From Basidiobolus meristosporus CBS 931.73 (Eukaryota; Fungi; Basidiobolomycota): a stretch of DNA of 64,000 bases. Made by a program: the position numbers and the translations under genes. Each line of letters opens with the position of its first letter. Position 1 is the stretch's first letter. Positions 39,557-51,043 of the stretch are shown here, in pieces. The stretch is taken from assembly GCA_002104905.1 (NCBI GenBank), contig MCFE01000015.1, positions 187,257-251,256 of the forward strand, in the 5' to 3' direction. The notes beneath the pieces are model-generated. The model was not told the DNA's origin. It ran no database searches and was given only the letters and a program-made list of their open reading frames with translations.

Positions 39557-40252
39557 ATGATCGCCAAGGTTGAAAATTCCTCTAATAAAAGTTCTACCAA
39601 GCAGTCCAAATACAAAGACATTGCGATGAAAAGACTTCTTGCTGGCTTAGAGAAATCGCTGGATTCCCGTCTTTATAAGTGCCCTTTTTGCAGTAAAGAG
39701 TTCTACCGCGTCGAACATAGAACAAGGCATATTCGTATCCACACAGGTGAGAAGCCGTACAAATGCCGCTTTGAAAAATGTTCCAAATCGTTCTCAAGGT
39801 CGGACGAACTCGCCAGACATCACAAAACCCATATGAATCCAAAGAAGAGGGGAAGAAAAAGCAAGAAACAGCTTGCTTTGGAAGCTGCTCTTGCTGCCAA
39901 ATCCATTGAAGAAGCAGGTCATGCTAACCCGACAACTCAAGAGATCCATCAAGGCCTTGACTCTGATAAGTTGAAAGCCAACGAGAAAACGTGTTATTCT
40001 GCTATGAGCTCTCCGCGTTCTCCTGGTACTTCCGAGAGTGATGAGGATGATATCACCACACAACATACCCAGCAAATGGAGGGCAAGCACACATCAACAA
40101 ACTACGCAATGCAAAGGGATCTCCAAGGCAAGAAACAAATACAACTGCCTAGTTTTTCCGAGTTGATGAGCATTATTGCTACCGAGGGGGCATTTCTCAT
40201 GATGCCAGGTGACATAGGCCCCCAGCCAATGTATTCCAGCTATAAATATTGA
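39557..40252 (+). CDS. CreA/Mig1-like C2H2 transcription factor, paralog 3 (intronless)
   Basis: [74 protein letters not shown]; LPSFSEL; ATG at 39557. Confidence 0.9.
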   Translation: MIAKVENSSNKSSTKQSKYKDIAMKRLLAGLEKSLDSRLYKCPFCSKEFYRVEHRTRHIRIHTGEKPYKCRFEKCSKSFSRSDELARHHKTHMNPKKRGRKSKKQLALEAALAAKSIEEAGHANPTTQEIHQGLDSDKLKANEKTCYSAMSSPRSPGTSESDEDDITTQHTQQMEGKHTSTNYAMQRDLQGKKQIQLPSFSELMSIIATEGAFLMMPGDIGPQPMYSSYKY

Positions 40253-40693
40253 CTCTATCCAATCTTGTAAATAATGGCATCCTCTGTTCATTGTATAGAG
40301 TGTTTTTAATCGCTCAATGTAGTTTTCCAAGTCGTGGTAGATTCATAATAATATGATGGGTTTCTTTGAATTGGTGGTTTTCTGGTTTTTGAACATAATA
40401 AATTCTAACTTGCAATCCAACGCCTAACACAGTTGATTGGGGCTGGTTCCATCGCATCAGCAATCAAATACGATGCTGCTTAAATGGCTGGTGGCTAAAC
40501 CTTAAGTACACGTGTAGTTGAATGCTCATCAGGGAATTCCAACAATGGTCACAAATAAAAAATAGTCCCAGTGAAATCCGCTAATTTATGATATCATAGA
40601 TGGATCCAAAGTCTGGGCCCAAAGCCACATCAGAATCCTATAATTTGTAGTTGGAGGAACTCAGGCTTACAACTTTCTACTTGTGACGCTCTA

Positions 40694-42415
40694 ATGAGTC
40701 TGAAGAAACTGCCCAGAATTGCCATAGGGACCTATCGTTTGTTCCTTGGCATGCCTGAACATGAAAGAGCCTTGTTTTCTGCCTTGAAAAGACAATCCGA
40801 TGAGCGATTAAATTTAAGCTTGATCGATACCTCTTCTAGTTACGGCAATGGTTTGAGTGAGAGATTGATAGGAAAGGTAGTGTTTCGATTTTTACGAACT
40901 ATATACTCTGTGAGACTAATAGGTTCCTCCAGGTACTCCACCACGAAAATCCCGAGATACTAAGAAGAGAAGAGGTTTACTTGACTTCAAAATTTGGCTA
41001 CTTGCAAGGGGAGAGCATGCGCCAGCTTCAGGAAGGAAAACTGAAAGTAAGTTTAACTGTCGTGGCCCCAGGAAATAGAACCCAGGAACCAAACGCTTTT
41101 CTTGGTTTAAGTTAGACGAGGCGACTATCATCAAGCCATTTCAAAGCATTTACCACTGCATTCATCCAGAATTTATGAGGTAGGTTCCTTGTTTCTGTTC
41201 TACTTATTCAAGCTTAGTGTGTGGCCATGCGTATTGCCCGGTTTGTTCTGAGTGAAGTTACTAAGTTATACCTTTATTATGGAAAGAATAGAGATCAACT
41301 CTCTCGCAGTTTGACGCGGTTACAAACCGATTATGTCGATTCCTATCTAATTTGTAACCCTGAATATTATCTGATGCACCATATTCAATCATCGGACGTG
41401 AATGTCAGAGGTTCAGCCAAGCGTCCCATACATCTATCGCAGCACTCTCTTGACTAACCACCGTTCACATCGATTCTCCAGAGTTACAAGCAAACCTACT
41501 TGCTAGAATCGCGGAGACATTCGAGGCTTTAGAAGGGGAGATCAAGAAGGGAACAATCAAATCGGTGAGTGGAGCTGTACTTACCCTAGCAAACCTCAGA
41601 TAGCTAACTGGTGCACAGTACGGTATTTCTAGCAATAGTTTTGCGCTGCCTCCGGAGCATCCTCACTTCTTGCCATACAAAGACTTGACAAAGCTGGCTG
41701 AGGAAGCGGCATCCAAGTCCAGAGGAACAAAGGACCACGGCTTTTCTACTGTTCAATTCCCCGCCAACGTATTGGAAACAGAGGGCTTAAAGTCGATGCT
41801 GACGTGGGCGAGCAAGCAGAATCTACAGGCAAGTGCCTATACAGTGCGGGTTTCTCCCAATCCATGGGTTTCTGAACGTGTTCATAGATTATGACAAGTC
41901 GGCCGCTAAGCTCGTTCGATCAGACTGGCATATGGAAGATAGTCAGCACACCACGAACATCATACCAGGAAGTGCTCGCAGAAACCTTAGAGCACATCCA
42001 GAAAAACACCGTCTCCTCGGACAATAAGCCGCACTTTCTGGTCGAAACCATCAACAGACTAAATTCTGAGATTCAGAACATTGACTCAGTGTTCAGGTAT
42101 GAAGAGATCAAGCAAAGAGTGTACTCATTGATCCATAAGAAGTTTGATGAAATACCCCACGAATGGTTGGAGCATCTTCAGAAATTTTTCAACGAGTACG
42201 AACGGGAGGTGCAGCACATCGGCTCAGTGTGTCTAAAGAAATATCTCGACGCGCGTGGGATCGAGGTAGGCGAAGGAGAGGGGAACTTTGAAGAGTTCGC
42301 AGTGCAGTTTTTGTTGGAGCATGAGAAGATCACCTCAGTCATCCTCGAAGTCGGCACGGAGAAACACGTGAATTTCGCAAGAAAGATGTTGAAGATCGAT
42401 TTGGAAGACGACTGA
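40694..42415 (+). CDS. Aldo-keto reductase family protein (multi-exon)
   Basis: IAIGTYR, LIDTSSSYGNGLSERLIGK|VLHHENPEILRREEVYLTSKFGY, LSRSLTRLQTDYVDSYLICNPEYYL, SYGISSNSF, VQFPANVLE. Confidence 0.75.
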
Positions 42416-42729
42416 CGCCTGCTGTGTCCCTTGTACTCTATCACTCCACCGCTGTTCTGTACATACGCTTGTGTATCTATTGGGACATAGGCCCCTTTAT
42501 GGTTCATTTTTATGGTATCTGCTTCAATGATCCCGGGCAATAAATCACTGAATGCCTAACTCAAAGCTGTATGTGATCATCAGCGTCATTTGGCTACCAA
42601 GTTGATTAAGTACAGGCCTGGCTGGAGGAATCATTGGTATGATTCAGGCATCTAGTCCCTGATGGATACATTCAATGAAGATTACTTGATCATTACCGGA
42701 ATGAGCTGCACTGTGGATTTACACAACAC

Positions 42730-42969
42730 ATAGAATATGCCACTATCATTGGCGTCTTCCTTGAAAGTCATACATCTGGTGCTGTCTTCACCCTTACCCT
42801 TGGCCTCGCCATCATCGCTGTGTTTAGTGAATACGAGCTTGACCTGTATTCGATCACTATGGTGTGGTTATGCATGTCCATAGTCTTAACATCACCCCTT
42901 CAGGATAACATATGGATTGGGCCAAATGATGTACATCTTCGGCTGCTTCGACACCCCTTTGACAAATGA
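42730..42969 (+). pseudogene. Possible relic of a multi-TM (7TM-like) gene
   Basis: Start-less 79-codon hydrophobic frame IEYATIIGVFLESHTSGAVFTLTLGLAIIAVFSEYELDLYSITMVWLCMSIVLT...; DLYSITMVW resembles DLFSIGWVV of the 7TM at 55734. Confidence 0.2.
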
Positions 42970-43116
42970 ATCGGTGCTGCTGGTTTACACAACTTCCTTG
43001 TACATTAAGCATGCACTGATAGGCAGCCGGTGAGCTTGGCTACTTTTTTGCGAAGGAAGGTTTTAACTGCAAGGATGTGTGGCCATACGACGATCCAGAG
43101 GAAAATCCAGCAGCCT

Positions 43117-43224
43117 TTGTAAGTACTGCATAGATATAGATATCCGCCTGCTGCTAGTCTGACAACCAAGCTTGTAGTACTGCATAGATATAGATATCCG
43201 CCTGCTGCTAGTCTGACAACCAAG
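43117..43224. repeat. 2 x 54-bp tandem duplication upstream of the aquaglyceroporin
   Basis: agtactgcatagatatagatatccgcctgctgctagtctgacaaccaag is identical at 43122-43170 and 43176-43224. Confidence 0.95.
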
Positions 43225-43594
43225 GCCTAAATTTGGTTACGCTGTAGCAAATGCCACAACACACGCATCAGGGCGTTTAAATTGGCTGAACGAAACAAGG
43301 AATTCGGTTTATTTGGCCGGCGGAGCAGATCGGTTGTATCGTTATTGTGATATCCGCCCGCAAGGCCAACTTGATCCAAATATCCCATCTGATGCACTCC
43401 CTAGGGAGGTCTGAAATGGATATTTTCAACTAAACATTGTAGGCTGCTGTTGTTTCTTTTGGCATGGCTGCATATGCCTACTCGAGCAAAATCAATGGCA
43501 ATGCGTTGCTGCCTCACTCAATCGCTCGTTTTCCCCAGGGCCATATAAAAAGGTGGCAGCCCCGCACTAAACCCACCATCAACTCCTCCGTGAT

Positions 43595-44622
43595 ATGACA
43601 ATGAGTCACACCGCCGAAATCCACGAAACCAATTGGAAAACCAACGACACTAAGATAACCTTTGAGACGAACAATGAACCTATCACATCCATCCTTAACG
43701 AAACTCCATTAATCCAACGCCTTGTGACAGGTGAGAGCATTCCCTGGCTTTCTAGACTCCGCCTCCAATATCGCGAATATATGGCGGAGTTTTTCGGAAC
43801 CTTGCTGCTCGTTAGTCTCGGGCTCGCAGTCATACATCAGGCCACTTTGGGAAAGGGTGCCACCGGCACTTTCCTAAGTGTAAACCTTGGTTGGGGGTTT
43901 GCCTTGACCCTAGCCCTGCTGCTTACTGGACGCGTCTCGGTTGGTTGAAATCACGCCTGATATATGGCAGCACCAGTTTAATCGTAAATGTTTATCTCTA
44001 GGGAGGCCATTTGAATCCTGCTGTAACAATCGCCGTTGCCCTGGTTAGAGGGATGCGTTGGGGCAAAGCGTGTGGCTACATTGTTGCTCAGCTTCTTGGA
44101 GCCTTTTCTGGGGCAGCACTGACATATCTGTACTTCTACCCACTTATCAAGGCCTATGAGAATGGACCTCGTGTCGTTGGTGGAGAGCATGACACAGCAG
44201 GGCTGTACGCATCCTACAAGAACCCAGCAATCTCGACCTTCTCTGCGTTTATTGGGGAATTCCTAGCTACAGGAGTCCTTATCATCGCCATATTTACCGC
44301 AACCGACAAAAGGAATAACATCCCATCCTACTGCGGGCCATTCATTATTGGACTGAGCGCAATCTCGATCGGGGTGTCTTTGGGTAAGTGGCCTTGCGCT
44401 GTAGATGTCATTGACCATCCTACTAAACGGTGATGCTTAGGTTCGGTAACGGGTGGGTCCGTTAATCCAGCTCGTGATCTCGGGCCCAGAGTGTTTACAG
44501 CCATTGCTGGGTGGGGCCCCTCGGTGTTCACTGCAGGCAATTATTATTTCTGGGTTCCCAATGTTGCGCCAATCCTAGGCGCGATTGTGTCCGGAACGTT
44601 GTATGAGTTCTTCATTTGTTAG
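43595..44622 (+). CDS. Aquaglyceroporin (MIP family, GLP type), 3 exons
   Basis: EYMAEFFGT; VS|GGHLNPAVT (intron 43940-44001); EFLAT; SLG|SVTGGSVNPARDLGPR; YFWVP; stop at 44620-44622. Confidence 0.92.
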
Positions 44623-45655
44623 ACAGCCCTGAAGTTCGCTGGCATGAACCACGTCTAGGCCTATTTATATATACTGTTCAATAATAACTTTATTCACTAA
44701 ACAAGACTGCGAGAGCTGGTGTTGGTAATATTCATTCTGGTTTTACCCAGGATTCAGGAGGAGCGAGCAGAGGAAATGGATTGGGTGGTGACATTGAACA
44801 GTAGCCACAGTGAATGTATATGTATTAATACTGAATGGATTGGGTACATTGTGGCCGTGTATTGGGGATATATTGGATGCACTGAATGCGTTGAAGCTTA
44901 GCAGGTTTGTGGAATCGATTCTAGGCCTAGCAGATGAGACACGGGTTCAATATAAGTGGGGTATGACTGTTGGAGCCAATGCTAGGAGGGGAATCCTACA
45001 CATATGATGCTCAATATTACACACATACTGATTGTGCTGGAATTGATGGTCTTCCTGCGTTTCGTCCTCCACCCCTGCATTCATGGCCAAAGACCTTGCT
45101 GTACTGCATGAGAACTACACGAACTCAGTTACTAGCTCCTGGCCTCCTCAGAAACAGCTACTTGAAACTTTCATATGACAGTGCATCCGCCTGTGCCACT
45201 AATTCCGATCTCATTAAACCAATAACTCGTTGTCTTGTCCTCATCCACAAGCAAAATAATGTCCGAGTCGAGATTGTCGGATAGCCTACCAAGCGGAATA
45301 AAAATAGGCGATTTCTTGGATTAAAATTAGTTTTGTGATTAACCTTTGGCTCAGTCCAAGTCATGCTCTGCCTCGTTAGCAGCTAGCCTGCTTTAAACCG
45401 ACATCTAGTCAACCAAAGATCCCCATATTATTTGTCTAGTAATTGATGGAATAGTGCGCTTCTCCCAAAGCTAAGGAAATATACAACTTTCCATAGAATC
45501 CACCTTAATTGGATGGACTTTTCACCAAGATTTTTTCCACTCTAACTGAGAAAACAATCTTGTACCTTTATATTTGATTTTACTTCTTCTTGCGTTCCTT
45601 GATTGACCTTTGGGCCACTCGCTCAAATCCCCTTCCTCCTTTCTACACTTTTTTG

Positions 45656-46979
45656 ATGAACTACGCACAGCAGGAGCAAGGTTTGGTTGTTCATCCTTCG
45701 GATTCACTGCCTCCGAACTCTGGACATCCTTACTTTGAGATGAGAGATGTTGACGATGTCGGTACTCAGATACGTCAACAGCTCACAAACTTTCACGCGA
45801 CTCTGGTTTCGCATATTGCGGTTGAAATGCGGTCCATTCATGAGCGTATCAGCAACATTGAGAGTAAGCTCGATCAAATCGTGAACACCGATACTCGCAC
45901 TTTACAAATGAAACTTTCCGAGATTGAAAGTAAGTTGAACGAGGTGGTATATTCGCAAACTCCAAAAAACAACAATAGAACTCCTGGAAATGCCAGTATC
46001 GTCTCAGCTACTCCTAACGGGACCCATAGCAACGGCAACGTACAGGGCCCTACGAACGTCGGAGTCCCGCAGACCCCAACTTCCCAAAATAGACTTGGAG
46101 TTAGCGTCCCGAGGTTAAACCAAACCCCGTCTCCCATGACTCCATCTACTACCGGAACCAATAGCTCTGAGCAGAGCCCAGCGAGTTTAGCACAAACCGG
46201 AATGATGGTTCCTATCATGGCAAATTCCGCCCGAGAAACGCTCGTCTCTCAGCTGCCTTCCGAAGAGGGCGCGAAGGTGAAAGTTCTGCTTCGTCAGTTT
46301 GCCGGCAAAGCTATGGCATACATCGAGCAAAACGCCCCCGCCTATGCCAATGTTAATAATCACGTTGGAGGTATAGAACATTGGTTCATTTCATCATTGA
46401 CACGCAGCCAGCTCACCCCGCTTCAACTTAGCGACGACAACCATGAAACGCTTCGATATCTACGATTCCCCATCGTGGGATCAGTTCGTCGAGGTCAACT
46501 TCCCACATATATCCAAATCCGACCTGAAGGACGAGCTCGTCAAGATCGTTAGCGTCAAAGTGAAGAACACAAAAGCACGGTACAAAAAGGTAATTTGTCC
46601 CCGAAACAGAATAGTTTTAGGCATATACGGGCTGCGTGAATCAAATGATAGTTACACATTCTCGTTGTTCTAGAGAGTCTCTGATACGCAGCTCCCTCAA
46701 GCCAACTCACAACTACAACTGCCAGATGCGCTGTCCGATGTACGTACTTTATTTCTCCCATGGGATCATTCGGATATTCACTGATCCTCCTTACAGAGTG
46801 AGACAAGCCCATCGCCCAAGAGACTTTGCGCAACACCCGCTGTGCTCAGTGAGAATGAGCTACTAGTCCAGCAGGCTCAACAGTCGGTACAGCTACCGCA
46901 GTCTCACACCCATGCTCTGCAGCAGTCTTCAAATCCACAGCGTCCTCCCGGAACTCCCTCCCAGCTTCACGCACAACAG

Positions 46980-47011
<32 letters not shown>

Positions 47012-47284
47012 TCTACAACGGCAGCACATGCAGCAGTTCCAACAACATCAACTGCAGCAGCATCAGTTACGCCAGCAACAACTGCAACTGCAACAGCAGC
47101 ACCAACATCCTCAACAAGGCAATGGGGTATGAGGTTGATTCCTTAACCAGTACATCGATATGATGTTGACTTACTTTGTTTTCAGGACGGGACCGACCAA
47201 ACTCTCACGAGTCTGGGAATGCACCAGCATTCACATACCCAAGGGGGGGACTTGAATGATGGCTCTTTCCTTCTTCCTGTCTAA
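45656..47284 (+). CDS. Unknown nuclear-type protein: coiled coil, S/T/P/N-rich linker, helical basic domain, polyQ tail
   Basis: ATG at 45656. Heptads IHERISNIESKLDQIV..LQMKLSEIESKLNEV. Four manually resolved GT-AG introns join ...ELVKIVSVKVKNTKARYKK|RVSDTQ...|SETSPSPKR...polyQ...|DGTDQ...DGSFLLPV* in frame. Confidence 0.65.
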
Positions 47285-48278
47285 TGGAGGCAAATTTTTG
47301 CATATTCATCAACACATCAAGTAAACTTCTTCGCTTTCAATCCACGCAGGTAGCATGTGATCGTGTTGCCTAAGAAGAAACTTGTATTCATCATACGAAT
47401 CCACCTCCAATCTCCCATTTTTTTGATAGGAGTGCTATTGTAACTTTTTATGAATGCCTCTTTAATTGCTATTCTAAATTTCTTGCCTTTTCTTGCAGCT
47501 CTTTCTTACCACCACCACCACCACCCTTTCAGACTTCCGGTCATTAACGCCGACGTATTAATCCCCACGTCCAAAGACCGCCAAACCCTCATTCCTGCTT
47601 GATTTTCTGATCACCCTTCCCTTTGACAACCTATTATCGCCAGTTGTTTTTCCACATCCTACTCACACGCATCCGACCATTCTGACCTTGTACGGCACCT
47701 TCCACCAGTATATAAGAAAAAGCTTAGGAATCCATATATACATACATATATATATACATAAAGAAAATTCCTCGAAACGGAACCCGACAAGAGTCGCCTT
47801 CATGATATGCCATGAGGTTGGTAGCCGTAGGAAGAGCTCGTCAGTGTACATACTTCTCGGAGCTTGGCCAGCCTTAGCCATCCCAATCCCCTTGGTTTCG
47901 CCAGCCCAGTTCTAGTCCCAGCCTTGCTACCTTTCTCGTACATCCGCGAGCGAATCGAATTTACCCCGCACTCCATTTCGAGTGCAGGTCAGGAAAGATA
48001 CTAGCTTAGATGAAGAACAATGCTTGGTGTTACATCACCTCAATAAACATTGTTTGCAAGTGTGAATGAAAATGTTCTCGTTTCGTCCTGATTGAACACG
48101 AAAGAGCGATCCAAATCCATTTGGAGATGACGATGGCAGTACCGCTGGCCAGGCGAGGCGGATATTCGATCAATCATCGGGCTGGCTTTCCTCCTCGATA
48201 CGGAAGAAATAATTCGTTGATCCTCATATCTTGATGAGGATGGCGGATTTTCATGGAGGTTGACACACTCGCTCTGCC

Positions 48279-49721
48279 ATGTCGAAGCCGCCACGTTCGA
48301 AAAGAGTCGCCAAAAAGGTTCAGCTGGAATACAAAGACCCGCTCCCCATCACACTGGCAGCCCCCAATTGTCAGGCTTATTCGATATTCGCTTTCCTCCA
48401 CACCAGCTTGTCGGCGCTCCTGCTATGCATCCAGCCCGGGTAAGTTCCCTCTTCCGACAGAGCGCATATCCTTCATGTAGATCTCTCTGTCATTGTTCGC
48501 TAACGGCGTGTGGTTACCAGTGCGAAGTCCGTTCATCAGCCGATCAGACCGGTGGGATTATTTGTTGGAAACGGTGTTTGGATCTTGAAAAGAGACCATA
48601 TCGAGCATCTGTGGAAGAAGGGTTTTTTTGGGAAGGGGATCCTGTCTCGAAGTGAGCCCAGCTGGAAACAGCGACAGATCCGTAAGCTTTCCCCGATCCA
48701 GGGTAGGGAAAGACCGCCGGTAGTAGGTATGCATCAAGGCGTTGTAGGGCCCAAAGCCCCGTCCACCACTTTTGTAACACACAGTGCTCCTTTATTTAGC
48801 CTCAACTCTGTCAAAACGCCAGGAGAGGCAAAAGAAATACAGTGGGGTAGAGACGTCAACCGGAGACATGGAGCAGCTGTCAGCCCCATGGGACCAACGC
48901 AGGCTTCCCTTGGAAATGCACAGTGATCATATAGAAGATCTAGAATATCTCCAGTTGAGTCCAGAGGAATCGATGTTTCTGAGAGAAATTGAGGCCATCG
49001 ATTTAATCGATCAAACAGAGGTTAGCTTGCACGTTAGGCCCGCGCATCACGCATCACGCATCACACATCACACATCACACAGCAAGACTCATGTAGAATT
49101 GCGTAGAACCCGTACTCAATGGAGGAATGCTGGAACAGGCTGAAGGGCAAGAACGGAGATCGACCAGACAATGAATTCGTCGTTAATTACGCGGTGTACC
49201 ATTATTATCGAAGCCGAGGCTGGGTGGTGAAAAATGGAGTCAAATATGGAACCGATTATGGTAAAGATCCTGGCGGATTTCTTGTGTGTGCATCATGATG
49301 TCTAACCCACTTTCCAGTTCTGTATAGGAAAGGCCCGGTCTTCCACCATTCAGAGTAGGTGGACTTGTTTCCAGCAAGTACAATCGATCATCATCACTCA
49401 AGCCTTGGATCAACTTAGATACGCAGTGATCATTGTCCCCGTCGATTCCGCCGGACGGCATATTCGTCGGCGGCCAACCTCGCCCAGCTGGCAATGGCTC
49501 CTGGGGGTCAATCGAGTGTGTGGGCAGGTGAAAAAGGTAAGGACGCGCTTACACGGTGTCTTCACGGAGCTGACGTTCTGAATCCCTAGACGATACTGCT
49601 ATGCTATGTGTTTGTCCCTGACCTCGATGCCACCCAATTGGCCACCCCGCAATGCATCCGCAGGTTTAGGCTTGCTGAGCATCAACTGAAGCGCTGGCTG
49701 CCAGAACGCAATCGTGATTGA
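48279..49721 (+). CDS. SEN2: tRNA-splicing endonuclease catalytic subunit Sen2
   Basis: MSKPPR...EYKDPLPITL; LWKKGFFGKGILSRSEPSW; EYLQLSPEESMFL; FVVNYAVYHYYRSRGWVVKNGVKYGTDY|VLYRKGPVFHHSE|YAV; WLLGVNRV; ends RWLPERNRD*. Confidence 0.92.
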
Positions 49722-49728
49722 ATCACTG

Positions 49729-49814
49729 TCAATAAAGATAACGATCAGCACAGTATCAATAAAGATGAAGATAAAGATCAGCACGGTATCAATAAAGATA
49801 AAGATAAAGATCAG
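49729..49814 (+). repeat. Three imperfect 27-33 bp repeats just after the SEN2 stop, each with AATAAA
   Basis: tcaataaagat...gatcag units; AATAAA at 49731, 49758 and 49791. Confidence 0.85.
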
Positions 49815-50134
49815 GTGTGCGGAAACCATTGGTAAACAACGGTGTGTCCATTATTTGGAATGAGACAAACTCGTTATGTAAAACTTGACCATTCAGCTGG
49901 CATCCTAAAAGTCCCCCTTCCTCCTCTCTCGCACGTCACATGAAACAAATGGAATTGGCTCACCACCAGGATCAAGGGTCATCCGCAGGGAATCAGTATA
50001 TTGATGACGAGCCTATAAGACTGGCGGTGGCGGGTGGAATTTTCGTGGTCACACTCCAACTACGTTCCTTCCACGCACCCTTCACATTCCCTTCTTTTCC
50101 ATTTTTATCTTAGTTTTGCATTAATCGCTTCCCC

Positions 50135-50686
50135 ATGCAACCATTGAAGTTAGACGCTGGTGTTGGCACTGATCATGCACCCAGTGACGTTTCTCCCATC
50201 TCCACCTCCCCCAAAACAATCTCTGTCTGGTCTGCCACCAACAAGAACCTCGCCGATGATTCTGCGGACGAACGCGAGCTTGCTGTGCTGAGCGCATCCG
50301 AGCGCAAGCAGCGAAGAAAGGTCAGATCTGCCTCGTTGGCGGTTGCCGGGCTTGACCCGAGCTATCCGTCAGAGCTTTTGCAGGACTACGACATCCCCGC
50401 CCCCTTTTGGTCGCGATTCATCCAGGCGTTGAATGCGGCCCTGAGTGAGCTACCAGCATCCAAGGATCCCAAAACACTGAATAGAATGAAATCCCGCCCA
50501 CACGCCGACAACAACCGTCGACCCTCGTTGACTAGCGAGCGTATCCAGGTCACCAAAGCAGAGCAAGTTCTGAACTGGTGGAACGAGGACTTCTTCCAAG
50601 AAAGAGGTTGTCGACTGAACCTTAGTTTTGAAACCATCAGTGACCACGATTCCCGACCGTACTTGACCTTGTCACCAATTAAATGA
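50135..50686 (+). CDS. Hypothetical protein (183 aa, intronless)
   Basis: Clean ATG ORF after a pyrimidine-rich 5' UTR; helical motifs PAPFWSRFIQALNAAL and KAEQVLNWWNEDFFQERGCRLNL; family not recognised with confidence. Confidence 0.6.
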   Translation: MQPLKLDAGVGTDHAPSDVSPISTSPKTISVWSATNKNLADDSADERELAVLSASERKQRRKVRSASLAVAGLDPSYPSELLQDYDIPAPFWSRFIQALNAALSELPASKDPKTLNRMKSRPHADNNRRPSLTSERIQVTKAEQVLNWWNEDFFQERGCRLNLSFETISDHDSRPYLTLSPIK

Positions 50687-51043
50687 ACCAATCATGTCCC
50701 AACCATATCCCTTTGCTTCCTCTCTTGATTCCTGTAAGAATGTTCCCACTCAGTACGTACAATAATGAACTTCAAGTGACTAAAGCAGCTTGTGTCTGGA
50801 TTGAGGTGTTGAACAGATGGGAGAATCCACCGAATTTATATATTGTGGCTTGATCTGGAAATCGATCGATTAAAAATAGATAATAAATACTCCTGCTAAT
50901 GGGCTCCAACATGTATTGGCTCCGGATACCGCCTGCCCATCCTTAAAATGTGGATCAATTTTTTGTGTTTGTAGTAGGTGACTTTATCTTGAAGTGGTTG
51001 TTGACAAATACACCACACCTACCCTTCGCCCCCACCAACTCTA

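Noticed and set aside
48466-48474. ATATCCTTC in SEN2 as an AT-AC U12 donor
   Set aside because: It lies inside a normal GT-AG intron (48440-48520) that restores the correct frame from ATG 48279; no in-frame AC acceptor exists.
48253-48480. ORF-track protein MEVDTL... as SEN2 exon 1
   Set aside because: Wrong frame; the frame from ATG 48279 (EYKDPLPITL) matches Sen2 and splices in phase.
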